Origin: Veleropilina oligotropha
Lineage: Eukaryota
DNA length: 58,496 bases
Assembly (NCBI GenBank): GCA_048128005.1
Contig: JBEUKZ010000135.1
Location: 248,001 to 306,496 of the forward strand
Direction of reading: 5' to 3'
This document shows, one piece after another, positions 46,207 through 58,496 of the stretch. The stretch's first letter is position 1; every line of letters starts with the position of its first letter. A program made the translations under genes and the position numbers. The notes beneath the pieces are model-generated. The model saw only the letters and a list, made by a program, of their open reading frames with translations, made no database searches and was not told the origin of the DNA.

Positions 46207-48019
46207 TATGTTGAATATGAGAAAAAGGTAGTGAACTTGATGAAAGAAAAACTTGACGAGTGCAATCGCAAATGAAAGAAAAGGAATCCAAAAAGACTGA
46301 ACATAAGGTCCATTTAATTGACACTGTTCAACGGCAAAGAGGGCCATGCATAACTGGCATTGATGTGGATTTGGTGATGAAACTTTGCGAGTCTGACGCA
46401 AATATGAGATAGGCTTTGAAAAACGAAATGAGATATTTAAAGACCATCTTGGGTGTTAAAGACAAACAGTTGATATTTGGTAACAAATGTGCTAGTGAGT
46501 TCTGTAAAGCATTAAAGGACATCTTAACTCTGTCCACTGCCGTAAAAATAATTGATAGGATTCACGACCAGAGGGCCGAAAATGGCAAGCGTATAGCCAG
46601 TGACGATCTTGATGCTGCCAATAAAAGGATTAGAATTAATGAACCTTTCTGAATTTTTCATAGGAACTGTTATTGATGTCATAGATTGTGATAAATTAAT
46701 GCTGTTCTTCAGTTTATGTCAAAGAGTGCCAAAAACACATTTAAGTGGCCACGTGTTGATGATGTTTCAACAGTTGAAAGTAAATTTGTTGTAGTTCATA
46801 ACTTTGATGTTAATACAAGTAATGGAAGGACATGGAATGTGTCCGAGGTTGACTATATTAACAGCATATTTGAGGATTACAAAAACATGTACTTTTCAGA
46901 ATTGGATTGTGTAGACCTGTAAATTGGTTTATAAATTATATTAACTTTGGTCACATCCTGTGACATGATTCATATTTTAATATTTATTAATTTGTACAAA
47001 TCATTTGTGATAACTTCTCAAATGGGAATGATACATTGTATCTGTTAATTGCTGTCGCTGTTGGCTTCACATGAACATGAATGGATATTGAATTCATCAG
47101 ATGGTGGATTATGATTATTATTATGTAAAATGTATAAATAGCAATCATTTCTTTCTATTATATATTTCTGTTCTGGATGTATGCTTTACCTAAATAAATT
47201 GTTTTTGTCTCATTTATTGCTACTATATGTAAACTAAATTGTGTAATGAACATAACGATGAAAGACATTTGTCATTTTGCATCATATTTAATGTTATATA
47301 TTTGCACATAATATTATAGATATGATATCACAAATATATCTTGATATTGATTCTATCTTTATTAAAGAGTATTCCAAATTTGAAGGCTTTATCTCTACTG
47401 GTTCTTTATTTATGAATGTTCAAAATGTTTGCAATTTTGACTAAAATGTCCAGATTTTGTCTTTCGGGCCAATGGATATTTTGATATTTTGATAATGGAT
47501 ATAATAACGAAGTACTGTTAACCATAGTACAAGCAATTTCAGCATTGTGGAGTCAATAACTTTTAAGTTATGTGTCTTGGAAAATGTCTCCTTGACCATT
47601 TTGGCAAGAATTCGCGATGACATATTTTCTTGTCAAATGATTCCATCATGCTTCATTCATAGTTCTATAACTTTTTTGTGCCCAATATATAGCCAATTAT
47701 TCCTTTATTACTTGGTAATATAACTTGTACAGCAGGTATGCACACTTTCAGACCATTGTCTCTTCTAATAATCTTTTTAGCTCATCTTGAAAATCTCTCT
47801 TCAAAGCTAGAGACTTGTTCAGAAATTTTTCGAAACCGGAAACCGATGGTTTAAAAAATGCCATAAAATGAAAACCGATTGTCCGATTTGCTTGAAATAA
47901 AAAGCTATTTACTTCATTTTTACACTTCATTCACTTGAGATATGTAAAACAAGATTAATTCTAGTTTGTAATTTTTAGTTGGGATACCTAATGGTAGCCT
48001 ATTGCATAAGGGCGCAGTG

Positions 48020-51000
48020 AGTGTAGTGAGAATGTCCAATCCTCATTCTGGCCAAGACGACCTCCTCTCGCCGAGTTGTTCTGCAAGAGGGGCCCCAATC
48101 ACCAAGAAGAGGTTGAACATTCTGCAATTTATTCCTTGTGCATTCACTCCAAGAGTGCTGCCAAGTAGAATTTATATATTTGTTTATGCTTTGTTTAAAA
48201 TCTGAGTGTGGTAATCTACAATTTAGATATTGTTAAAATATGAGGCTGCCTTGGCAGCTTGGTCAGCCTTCTCATTGCCTTGGATACCGATATGGCTCGG
48301 TATCCAGCAATAAATAATGTCATTATCAGGTAAAAGGTTGTTATAGTTCAATAAAATTTCCTGAACAATAACATTTCTATTCATCTCCCTCTGTGCTTGT
48401 AAGCTAGAGAGGGAGTCTGAAAAGATAATAAAACGCCGTTTAGTACTTGTAGAGATAAAATTAAGAGCAAGCTCTATTGCTTTTAGTTCTGCAGTATATA
48501 TAGTCGCGCTGCCTGGCAGACGGTTTTGAAAACATTGTCTGCCAGTGACAGCGGCTGCTCCTACTAATTCTGCATCTTTTGAACCATCTGTGTATATGCT
48601 TTGTACGATCTGAGTATTTCAGTTTCAAATCGTGCACTTTTGTGAGATAATCTGATGTGTCTGTGTTTGATTTTTTGAGTGATGCAAGCTGCAGGCAATC
48701 ACCGGTGCTTTTAGTGTCCATGGTGGCGTATCCGAAATGTGATTTGTTTTAATTTGACCTAAATGTATGCCTGCGTTTTCAAGCGCTGGTTTAATGCGGA
48801 TGCCGAATGGTGCAATTTTGTTTGGTTTTGGCAGAAATAAATTTTCGTAATTAGGTGTAAATACAGTTTCGAAAGCTGGGTTAGAGGGGTGTGATTTTAA
48901 TTTGATTGCATGTTGCAGTGATAATTTTTCACGTCTGTGTGTAAGCGATGGTTCATTGGCTTCGACATAGAGGCTTTCCATGGGTAATGTGCGGAAAGCC
49001 CCAAGTGCTAGTCGAAGCCCTTGATTATGGATTGGATCAAGCATTTTAAGATATGAATGGCGAGCAGAGCCATATACTATGCTCCCATAATCAAGTTTTG
49101 ATCTAATTAATGATCTGTATAGTCGTAATAAAACTGTTTTATCAGCACCCCATTCAGTATTAGAAACTACTTTCATTAGATTCAAAGCGTTCTTGCATTT
49201 AGCTTTGATATATTTTATATGAGGTATGAAAGTCAGTTTGCGGTCAAATATAAGGCCTAAAAATTTAAATTGGGCCACGACTGGAATCTCAAAGTCATCC
49301 AGTTTTAGCACAGGGTCGTCATGAATTTCACGATGCTGGCAGAAATGCATGCATTTAGTTTTGTCCTTTGAGAATTTAAATCCATTCTCTTCGGACCATA
49401 TCTGTAATTTATTTAGGCCGTGTTGTAGCTGGCGTTCTATACTGTTCATATTTGTTGAACGATAGCAAATGCCAAAATCGTCAACAAATAATGAACAGTC
49501 AGTGCCAGTACTAATACATTTGACGATACTGTTGATCTTAATACTGAATAGGGTGACTGATAAAATGCTTCCTTGAGGGACACCCATCTCCTGGTCGTGG
49601 ATATCGGAGAGGGTGTCACCCACCTTCACTTGAACATTTCTATCCTCAAGGAATTTCGAAATAAAATTGGGCAAGTGGCCCTTTAAACCAACATCAAACA
49701 AATCCTTCATAATCCCGTACTTCCAAGTAGTGTCGTAAGCCTTCTCTAGATCGAAAAATACAGCAACTAAATGTCTGTTTAGGAAGGCCTCACGAACAAA
49801 AGTTTCCAGACGTACCAAGTGATCTGTGGTGCTCCGGTTGCGCCGGAACCCACATTGATATTCTGTAAGTAAATTATTTGATTCTAAGTACCAAACTAAT
49901 CTCTCGTTTATCATCATTTCCATGGTTTTACAAATACAACTCGTCAGGGCTATGGGTCGATAACTGTTGGGATGTGATGTATCTTTCAAATTGAGCCTTG
50001 TTTTTTCTTTTTGATGTTTAAAATGGCTGAATTTTGGAGTGCAGTTGTCGGATGATGAATTGGCAGAAAATGTGTCTGCCAAGGTGTTTGCGATGTCTTT
50101 AGCCGTGTTGGCTTCTGAATTGGTTGTTTTAAAATGCTTGATGCAGTTGGGTGTATGCTTGCCGCTGATTTTACGGATCATATCCCATGTTTTTTTAATA
50201 GTAGAACGAGAGTTTAGTTTGGTAACGTAGGAATGCCAGGATTCCCTTTTGCTATGCTTGATGGTACGTCTGGCTTGTGCTCTTAATAGCCTAAAGCTAT
50301 TAAGATTTTGTAGTGTTGGGTACTGTTTAAATGTTGAAATTGCATGTATGCGTGCTTTGATTGCTTGTCTGCAGTCTTCATTAAACCAAGGTTTGCTTTT
50401 GTGTTTGGCATTTGGACAGGTTTTTGGAATTGATAGTGTTGCAATGTCGTGTAGTGTTGTAGCGAAACTTGATATTGGGTCTTCGCCATTAGTAAGGTGA
50501 CCTTCGTGTAATTGGTCTTCACAAAGAGATTGGAATTTCCCCCAATCTGCTTTGTGAAGTTTCCACCTTTCTGTGTGTTCTTGTGCTTGGTTAATTGTGC
50601 TTTCCAGGAAAATTGGAAAGTGGTCGCTTCCACGGAGGTCCTCACCAACTTTCCAAGTAAAGTCCGGGAAAGCAGATGGGTCGCACATGGTAAGGTCAAT
50701 GGTGGTAAGTGAGCCTGTAGCTGGATGCATGTATGTTGGCGATTTTGTATTATTAAATAAACACAGATTGTGTTTCCCAATAAAGTCCTCTATTTAATGT
50801 CACCGTTTGTCTGTGTCAGTACCGCCCCAATCCGCACTGTGGGCATTAAAAACGACACACAGTACAAATTGGGTCGGTAACTGCTCGATGAGATTGTCAA
50901 GGTCAGTAGGTTGTAAGTTTGGACCAGGTGGTAAGTATACCGAGCAGATAGTTATTACTCGGTGAATCGATATTTTCACCGCTACTGCCTGTAAGTTGGT

Positions 51001-51247
51001 GTTTAAGTTGACCTGTCTGTGTGGTGTTTTGTTGTTGATGATGATTGAACCCCCCCCCCCCCCCCCTGTAGCCTTGTCACCTGTTGTGACAATGTGATTA
51101 TATAGTGAGTGATCTTTAATGCGTATGTTTCATGTAAGTTTCATTGAGACAAAATGCTATTGGTTTGTGTTCTTTTATTAATAGACTGATCTCATCAATA
51201 TTGGGTTTAATGCCTCTACAATTCCATTGTATTATTGTGCCTGACAT
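48020..51247 (-). pseudogene. Old I-group ORF2 (deleted, frameshifted, 3'-truncated)
   Basis: ORF 48625-50730 plus broken flanks; same 237-bp deletion as copy 1. Confidence 0.9.
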
Positions 51248-51303
51248 GCTGGTTTAATGGTGTGTATTAGTATATTTGTGTGTAATGTTATGTTTAAATT
51301 TGT

Positions 51304-52014
51304 CTATTTGTTCGGTGGAACTACGGGCTTTATAGCAGGTTTCGGTTTGTGCTGGCGATCCAATGGTTCATCGCTTTCCATTGGATCGTTGGAAGGAGGA
51401 AGCGGCCCAGGTGGTTCGGGGCTCTCCGTCTGCCGGTGTAATTTGGCTGCTTCCGCCCTCCCACCCTTCGTGGCAGCAGCAACAATTTCCGAAGCAAGGT
51501 CCTCTATAATAGTATCGGTATCAATTTGGTCATCTGATGGTTCGTTGTACCAGACGGGTAGATACATACCACCGATGTATAGGGTGTTCATAATAGTGCG
51601 GGTGACTCGCGTCATCCACACCTTACTCACACCGGTGGCGACCGTGGTGTCAAAATCGTGGTACTCACGTACCATAGACTCTACCCGCCCAAAGACCGAA
51701 AATGCATCCTTAATATCGACGTCAGAGATTTCTAAAGGAACTCTGACGTTTATTAGCACGCGGTTTACATCAACGGGATGTAGCGGGCAGCTAACCCCGC
51801 TGATAGCAAGACCGCTATCTATTAACTTGTCTCTGATGGCCGGCGTGGCCACAGAGACGTTCCATATAGATTTTCTTATATGGATCAGGCCCTTAATAAG
51901 GCCGGGGCCTGTTACAATAACCCCCCTCAAGGCACGATACACGTCCACTGCCGCCGTCTTATCGTGCCTTGTGTCTAATCGAAGGGACAGTGGTCTGGCT
52001 ACAGAAGACGCCAT
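51304..52014 (-). CDS. Chimeric LINE ORF1, copy 3
   Basis: 236 aa, near-identical to copies 1 and 2. Confidence 0.8.
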   Translation of the reverse strand: MASSVARPLSLRLDTRHDKTAAVDVYRALRGVIVTGPGLIKGLIHIRKSIWNVSVATPAIRDKLIDSGLAISGVSCPLHPVDVNRVLINVRVPLEISDVDIKDAFSVFGRVESMVREYHDFDTTVATGVSKVWMTRVTRTIMNTLYIGGMYLPVWYNEPSDDQIDTDTIIEDLASEIVAAATKGGRAEAAKLHRQTESPEPPGPLPPSNDPMESDEPLDRQHKPKPAIKPVVPPNK

Positions 52015-53152
52015 AATATTCAGGCCACTGCCCCTTTTATAATAATTATATTAAACAAACAGGTTCGAAAGCCAAGCAACAAAATACTATAAATAAGTTG
52101 CTGGTAGGCGGCTATTGTTTGGTACGAAACGGTGGCCACCGACGAGAGAACAAAGGCGGCAGCCTTTAGATGTCGATTTCAGCGCTATGCAAAGCCTAAT
52201 ATAAAACTCTAGCTGGGTGTAGAACCCGGATGTTAAGTTTAAACTCGCCAAAAACAACTTTTTTGATGAATAAAACCCGAAATAAATAAAAATAAAACTA
52301 GCGGTCCGCTAATAAATAATAAAATTAAGATACAAGTGTATTTGAAGGGTGTCGCTGGTGAAATTCGCGACGCACAAGTGTTGTTTCGTAACAATACTAA
52401 CGGGAGATAACTCTCGCTAGTGGTTTGTTGACAACCCTTTTGACAAATTTCAACCTTCAAATACACAAAATTAACAATATATATTACAAAATCAACCTAG
52501 CGGTTGTTAAGTATAGTGCTTTATAGCAACCTTACAACCGAAAACTCGAGTTGCAAGGTTGAAATAAAGAAAATTTAGATTAATAGCCGGGAGCGGGAGA
52601 AAACACGGCCGGCGAGCTTTTTTGGTATCCAGTCAAATCGTCCCTTTGCCAAAACGTCCTCGCTTTTGTGAGTCAAAACGTCCTCGCTTTCAATGAGCCC
52701 GCGTATAGAGTAATGTTCACGGATTACAGTACCAGTAAAGGGTTTCTTGATCCATATTAATGAGTGAGTGAGTATAGTTTATCGTAGCTGTGAGCACAGC
52801 GGTGCCATAACGCGACGAGAATAATGTTAAATAAAAGACAAACAATATAATGATATAAAGCCATAAAAACAAAATGATGTAAAGTACTAAAACAATAATA
52901 TGTACAGCAATAAAACATTAAGTAATAAGAACAATGTCATTGTTAAATAATGAAATACAATAGATGATGTACAGCAGTAAAACAAAATGATGCAAAGCAA
53001 TAAAAAATACTAAACAATGTCAAAGCCAAATAATGTCAGCATCAGTAAAATATGCAACTATGAATAAAATCAGTTATGATACGAATAAAACAAATCAATG
53101 AATGTATATTGGTCAATGGTTTTTGAAAAGGTTTATATAATGGTAAATGTAC

Positions 53153-56100
53153 TCATAATTTATTAATTAAACCATTGTCTCTAATAAATGATAAAATGCA
53201 TGGTCCCCCAGTATTATTAAAAAGGTCTTTAAGATTTGATGCTGTAAAATAAGAATCTCTTATGTGAGCGAACTCACCACAATCAAGCAAGAGGTGCTTG
53301 CTTGTGAGCTGCTCATCACAAGAGATGCATACTGGTGGATCTTCCCCTTTCAGTAAGTATTCGTGGGTTAGCCGAGTGTGCCCGATTCGAATTCGCCTTA
53401 GGATTGCTTGTTCGAATCGGGATGATACGTCTAAATGTGTGTAGCCAATATTAGGTTTAAATTGAAATAATTTATTATAAATTTGAGTAACCCATAAATT
53501 TTGAAATAGTTTTCGGATGTAATGTAAAATGGCCGGTTTAAAATCAGTATATACAGTTTGTAAAGGATATATATTTTCTTTGTTTAATGCTTCTTTAGCA
53601 GCTGCATCGGCTAAATTATTTCCAGCTATACCCACATGACTCGGCACCCAACAAAACACAATATCACGATCAGTGATACTGTGGTTGAGTTCAATAATTT
53701 TCAAAATCAGTTCATGAGTAGGGGAATGTTGTTGAAGGGCCTGTAAGACAGATAAAGAATCAGTAAATATAATATAATTATTTGCTTGGGAACGTTGGAT
53801 ATATTGCACAGCAGTTAGAATCGCTTTGGCTTCGGCAGTGAAAATAGAACATGGAGCAGGAAGTTTATGAGTAATACTTCTGGATCAATTATGGTGGCAC
53901 AAGAAACCTTGTCCCCATCCTTGGACCCTTCAGTGAAAATTGATCGATGGGTGTCATATTTGCAGCGGATAATACCATATTCCTGTTTGTAAACAGCTTC
54001 GTTTGTGTCAGATTTAGCAAATTTTGTTAAAGATAAATCGATCCTTGGGGATTTTAATTTCCACGGAGGGACAGCAAATAGACGAATTGGTGCAATAAGA
54101 TCAAGATCGATATTAGCGGCATTTATATGTGGTTTTATGCGAATGCCGAGAGGTGGGACTAACTTTGGTTTCTCCAGATATTTGGGCTCGTATTGTGGTT
54201 GGAACACACAACTATATGCTGGATTTGGAGGATTTGAATATAGTTTCGTAATATATTGAAGTGATAATTTAGTCCGTCTTTGGCAAAGAGGTGATTCATC
54301 GGATTCTACATAAAGACTCTCTTTTGGGGACGTTCTAAATGCTCCCATAGAGAGCCTTAAGCCTTGGTGATGAATAGGATCCAACATTTTTAATATCGAT
54401 TTACTAGCCCCATTGTAAACAATTGATCCGTATTCTAGTTTTGATCTAATTAGTGATCTGTATAAGTTGAGGAGGGTTTTCTGGTCGCCTCCCCACCTAG
54501 TGTTTGAAACCACTTTCAGAATGTCCATGGCTTTCAGGCACCTATTTCTAAGATACGTTATATGTGGTTTAAACGTAAGTCGGTGGTCGAGAATAAGGCC
54601 TAGAAATTTTACTTCATCTACCACCTTAATGGGGGTTTCATGTAAAGTAAGATTTGGGACCGCATGGCATCGGTAGTTCTTGCAAAAGTGTACACAGTTT
54701 GTTTTGCTCTTTGAAAATTTAAAACCATTTTCATGTGACCATTTCGTTATCCTGTTAAGACATAGTTGTAATTGTCGTTCAATGGTGTGCATATGTCTGC
54801 CGCGACAGGATATGCCAAAATCATCTACAAATAATGATCCATCAATGGAATCATTTAAAACTTTTGACAGGCTGTTAATTTTGATACTAAAAAGTGTAAC
54901 AGATAAAATACTACCCTGTGGAACCCCTTGTTCTTGATCATAGTAATCAGATACGGTGGAACCCACACGTACCTGGAATTGTCTATGTTTTAAAAATTGT
55001 GAAATGAAGAGGGGTAAACGACCTCTTAATCCCAATGAATGTAGATCTTTTAAAATTCCATGCTTCCATGTTGTATCGTAAGCTTTTTCCAAGTCGAAAA
55101 AGATCGATACAACATGGTCGCCATTAACAAATGCATCTTTAATATAGGATTCCAGCTGCACAAGATGGTCAACTGTGCTGTGATTTTTGCGGAATCCACA
55201 CTGGATATCACTAATGAGATTGTTTGTTTCTAAAAATCAAACAAGTCGATCGTTAATCATGCGCTCCATGGTTTTACATATGCAGCTCGTTAATGATATC
55301 GGACGATAATTTGACGGATCTGTAGCATCCTTCCCGGGTTTTGATAAGGGAATAACTATGGCCTTATGCCATGAAGGTGGAAATTCACCTGTCGACCATA
55401 TACGGTTGAAAATATCCAATAAAACATCTAAACATGCACTAGGCAAATGCTTGAGAAGCTGGTAATGGATCTCATCAGGTCCAGCAGCCGTATCGTGGGC
55501 TTTACTAAGAGCAGTGAGTAGTTCTGCCAAAGAAAATTCCTCGTTGTAATTTTCAGAATTATCCGAAACAAAATTTACTTTCTGTTTCTCTTGAGTTTTT
55601 TGATATTTCTGAAACTCTGGTAAGTAATTCTTTGATGAATAATTCGTTTCCAGAGTTTCGCCCAGTGTATTTGCTATGTCAAGCTTGTTAGTGACAAGTA
55701 TATCCCCATGTTTAAGATGTTGAACAGAATTGCTTGAGCATTTGCCTTTTATACTCTTCACCATATTCCACACTTTGGAAATGGGTGTTCTCGAGTTAAT
55801 TTTTGACACAAAGTTGTGCCATGATTGACGCTTTGATGCCTTAAACGTGCGCTTGGCGATGGCCGAGGCACGTCTAAGACCATCAAGATTTTCATTTGTT
55901 GGATATTTGTAGAAATGTTTTCCGGCTTTCTTCCTGTTATTTCTAGCTTGCCTACAGTCGTCATTAAACCATGGTTTACGTATATGTGGAACTGCAGAGG
56001 ATTTTGGAATAGTCTTATTTGCGATGTCAATGAGAGCATCTGAAAATGCTTTAATGGGATCGTTGATATCATAATGCTCAGGTTTTATCGTAGTTTCACA

Positions 56101-56823
56101 CAATGTGTGATAAATAGGCCAGTCGGCTTTTGAGAAATTCCATCTTGTTAATGGTACCTGGTCATCGGGTGTCACCGATTTTAGCATAATCGGAAAATGG
56201 TCACTGCCACACAGGTCATCGTGAACTGACCATGAAAATTCATCCAATAAATTTGCACTTGTTAATGCAAGATCGAGAGCTGAATACGATCCTGTGGCAG
56301 GGTGTAAATAAGTATTTGTACCATTATTAAAAAAACACAGATCATTATTTGAAAGAAAGTTTTCTATGATTCTTCCTTTGTCATTCGAGGTGTTAATTCC
56401 CCAAAGAGGACTGTGACCATTAAAGTCACCCATGATTATACAAGGCTTAGGAAGTTGATCATATAATTCTTGTAAATCAGCTGATTGAAGCTTAGTAGAA
56501 GGAGGGATATATAATGAGCATAAGGTGAAAGCAACATGCAAGGTAATATGGATAGCAACTGCTTGCAAGTTAGTCGTAAGGTCGTCAGGGCTATGCATTG
56601 TTCCTTGCCGAACGAATATAGATGATCCACCTGTTGCGTTTTCAACTTGGGGGCCGAATGTGTGATAAGGCTCATATCCTCTGAAATGTATGTTGTCTGT
56701 GTTTTTAAAATAAGTTTCCTGTAAACAGAGAGCTGATGGTTTGAAATCCTGTGTTAGTAATTGGATGTCATTAAAATTATTGTTAAATCCTCTGCAGTTC
56801 CACTGCATAATTTTTGTATTCAT
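53153..56823 (-). pseudogene. LINE ORF2 (APE-RT-RNase H) with nonsense at 55237 and frameshift near 53870
   Basis: QWNCRG, SDHFPI, GVPQGS, FVDD, WVPSHVGIAGN across three ORF pieces. Confidence 0.92.
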
Positions 56824-58118
56824 GATCGTGCGTTAGGGGGTTTGATGGGGGACCTACGTTCACTGGATCGATGTCGTCGAGGTTCCTCAAACTCCATGGT
56901 CTCTGGATCCAATTCCGTATATCTGTTGTGGAGTTTGATTGGGTCCTCCTGACCCTTTTTCGGGCGTCCAGAGTGGTTCTTTTTCCCAGTAGCTGGGGAC
57001 TTTTTCCTTGACTGTGAATGATATGATAGAGATTGAGAGTTTTCAGATTGCGATGAAATAATATCAGATGAATATGGTTTAGAAGTAGAGACAGTAGCTT
57101 GAGTTGGAATATCAGGGTGAATCTGTGATGAAGCTTGAGATGCTTTCGCTGAAGTTGGTTCTGAGGTCTTAACCGTTGTTGGTTGGTCACTGCAGATCCA
57201 AGTAAGTTCCGTCTGACAAGCAGAGGAAGTGGTCGTTACGGACTGCTTTTGTGCTGACTAACCAACCACAGAAGAATAGGATGGACCAGACTGAGATGTT
57301 AGCAGTCTTTTGGCCTCTGGGTACGTGATGTTTCGGTCAGTCTTAAGTTTCGTGATTTTTGATTCCCTGATCCAAATGGGACACTGTTTAGAGGCAGCAG
57401 TGTGCTCTCCATCACAGTTCACACATTTGGGCAGGGATTCACACTGGCTGCTTTCATGATCGCTTCCACAGCGAAAACATCTCTCACTGTTTGTACAGTT
57501 GCTAACACCATGGCCATATTTTTGGCACCTGTAGCATCGAAGTGGATTTGGATAATACACATCCACTTCGATGCGATTGTATCCAGCGGTGATGTGATTT
57601 GGTCGAATAGCAGATGAAAAGGTCATGAGGTAAGTGTTAGTAGGGATTTTATTATTTTCTTTCGTAATTGTGAATCGTTTAACTCCTATAACACCCTGAT
57701 GTTCCAATTCGATTAAAATTTCGTGTTCTGTCAGGTATTGGAGGCATCGATCGCGATCCCTTACAATACCTTTTGATGTGTTCAGATAGGTATGTGGCTT
57801 TACACATACAGCAGCATTTGCAAATGTCTCGATTTTTAAAAGATTGAGAGACTGTTGCCTTCTATTACATTCAATAAGAAGGCTCCCATCTCTCAATCTT
57901 TTAACACTTTTAACGGTCCCAGCTATACCTTCGATAGTCTTCGCAATGACAAAGGGATTTTTCGTTAGTGGATTTTTCGCGAGATTGCCTTCAATACCTG
58001 ACAGTAACAAAAAGCGTGGCCAGTTTGTAGAATTATAATTAGAAATGTCATCCTCGTCAGACGAGGATGACGATTCCTGTCTCAGTCGTTTCGTGGTGGT
58101 AGGTTTATTTTTCGCCAT
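56820..58118 (-). pseudogene. LINE ORF1 (three zinc knuckles) with in-frame TAG at 57258
   Basis: CYRCQKYGH, CFRCGSDH, CVNCDGEH; the frame continues past the stop to a TGA overlapping the ORF2 ATG. Confidence 0.88.
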
Positions 58119-58496
58119 ATTGTGTAATATAATTCGGTGCATCGGGTCTCCACCCACCACGGAGTGCCAACAAGGGCGATGTCCATAAGCCTGCTGGTAA
58201 CCGGCAGGCAGACACCGGGGATACAGATGCACTATACTCTAATAGTATTGACTTAAGTAGCTTTAGTAAAAGCTAAAGAACTAAGCGGTCAATAAAACAA
58301 GATTGACCCATGAGCAACCGCCTTCTAAACTACAGGTTTACCGAAAGTATATAACTATGACATAATATTAATAACAGTAATATTATAAGGTGATTGGTGT
58401 AATTTACATTGCAAAAGATGTTATTTACAAATGAAAAGACACTATATCATGCAGTATAGGGCATGGCGTTACCAGCCGATTGAATGGACCGGGCCC

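Larger units (their letters stand above)
46001..52760 (-). repeat. Inverted copy of 766-17547 without the young LINE and Academ insertions
   Basis: 46001-48475 matches 17547-15109; 48476-52760 matches 6629-6064 plus 4510-766. Confidence 0.95.
52761..58496 (-). mobile_element. Second I-group (Nimb-like) LINE family, decayed; 5' end probably outside the window
   Basis: (TCAC)n tail at 52761-52773, AT-rich 3' UTR, ORF1 and ORF2. Confidence 0.9.

Noticed and set aside
766..52760. Giant transposon with multi-kb TIRs enclosing the virus
   Set aside because: The arms are fragments of a tandem unit and end at LINE junctions; no terminal motif or TSD is visible.

Overview
AT-rich eukaryotic (animal, probably invertebrate) DNA made entirely of nested mobile elements; I recognise no host gene. 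The centrepiece is a complete, GC-rich ~15.4 kb endogenous Polinton-like virus (17744-33125; ~235 bp G-rich TIRs, TCTTAG target duplication). It encodes a double jelly-roll major capsid, minor capsid, A32/FtsK packaging ATPase, rve integrase, about seven membrane proteins, and one ~1197-codon replication gene that appears to fuse a vOTU-like protease, a divergent protein-primed PolB, an SF1 helicase and an HNH-like nuclease; I see no adenain protease. Around it lie an 8.5 kb Academ transposon (6630-15108, ATA TSD, one nonsense codon), a young I-group LINE with intact ORF2 inside a CR1 LINE, a second decayed I-group LINE, and small Helitron, Helentron and SINE elements. All are nested in a composite unit (chimeric-ORF1 LINE plus DNA-transposon remnant) present as tandem and inverted copies, which supply empty sites for several insertions. 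Family assignments rest on motif recognition by eye and need HMM or structure confirmation.
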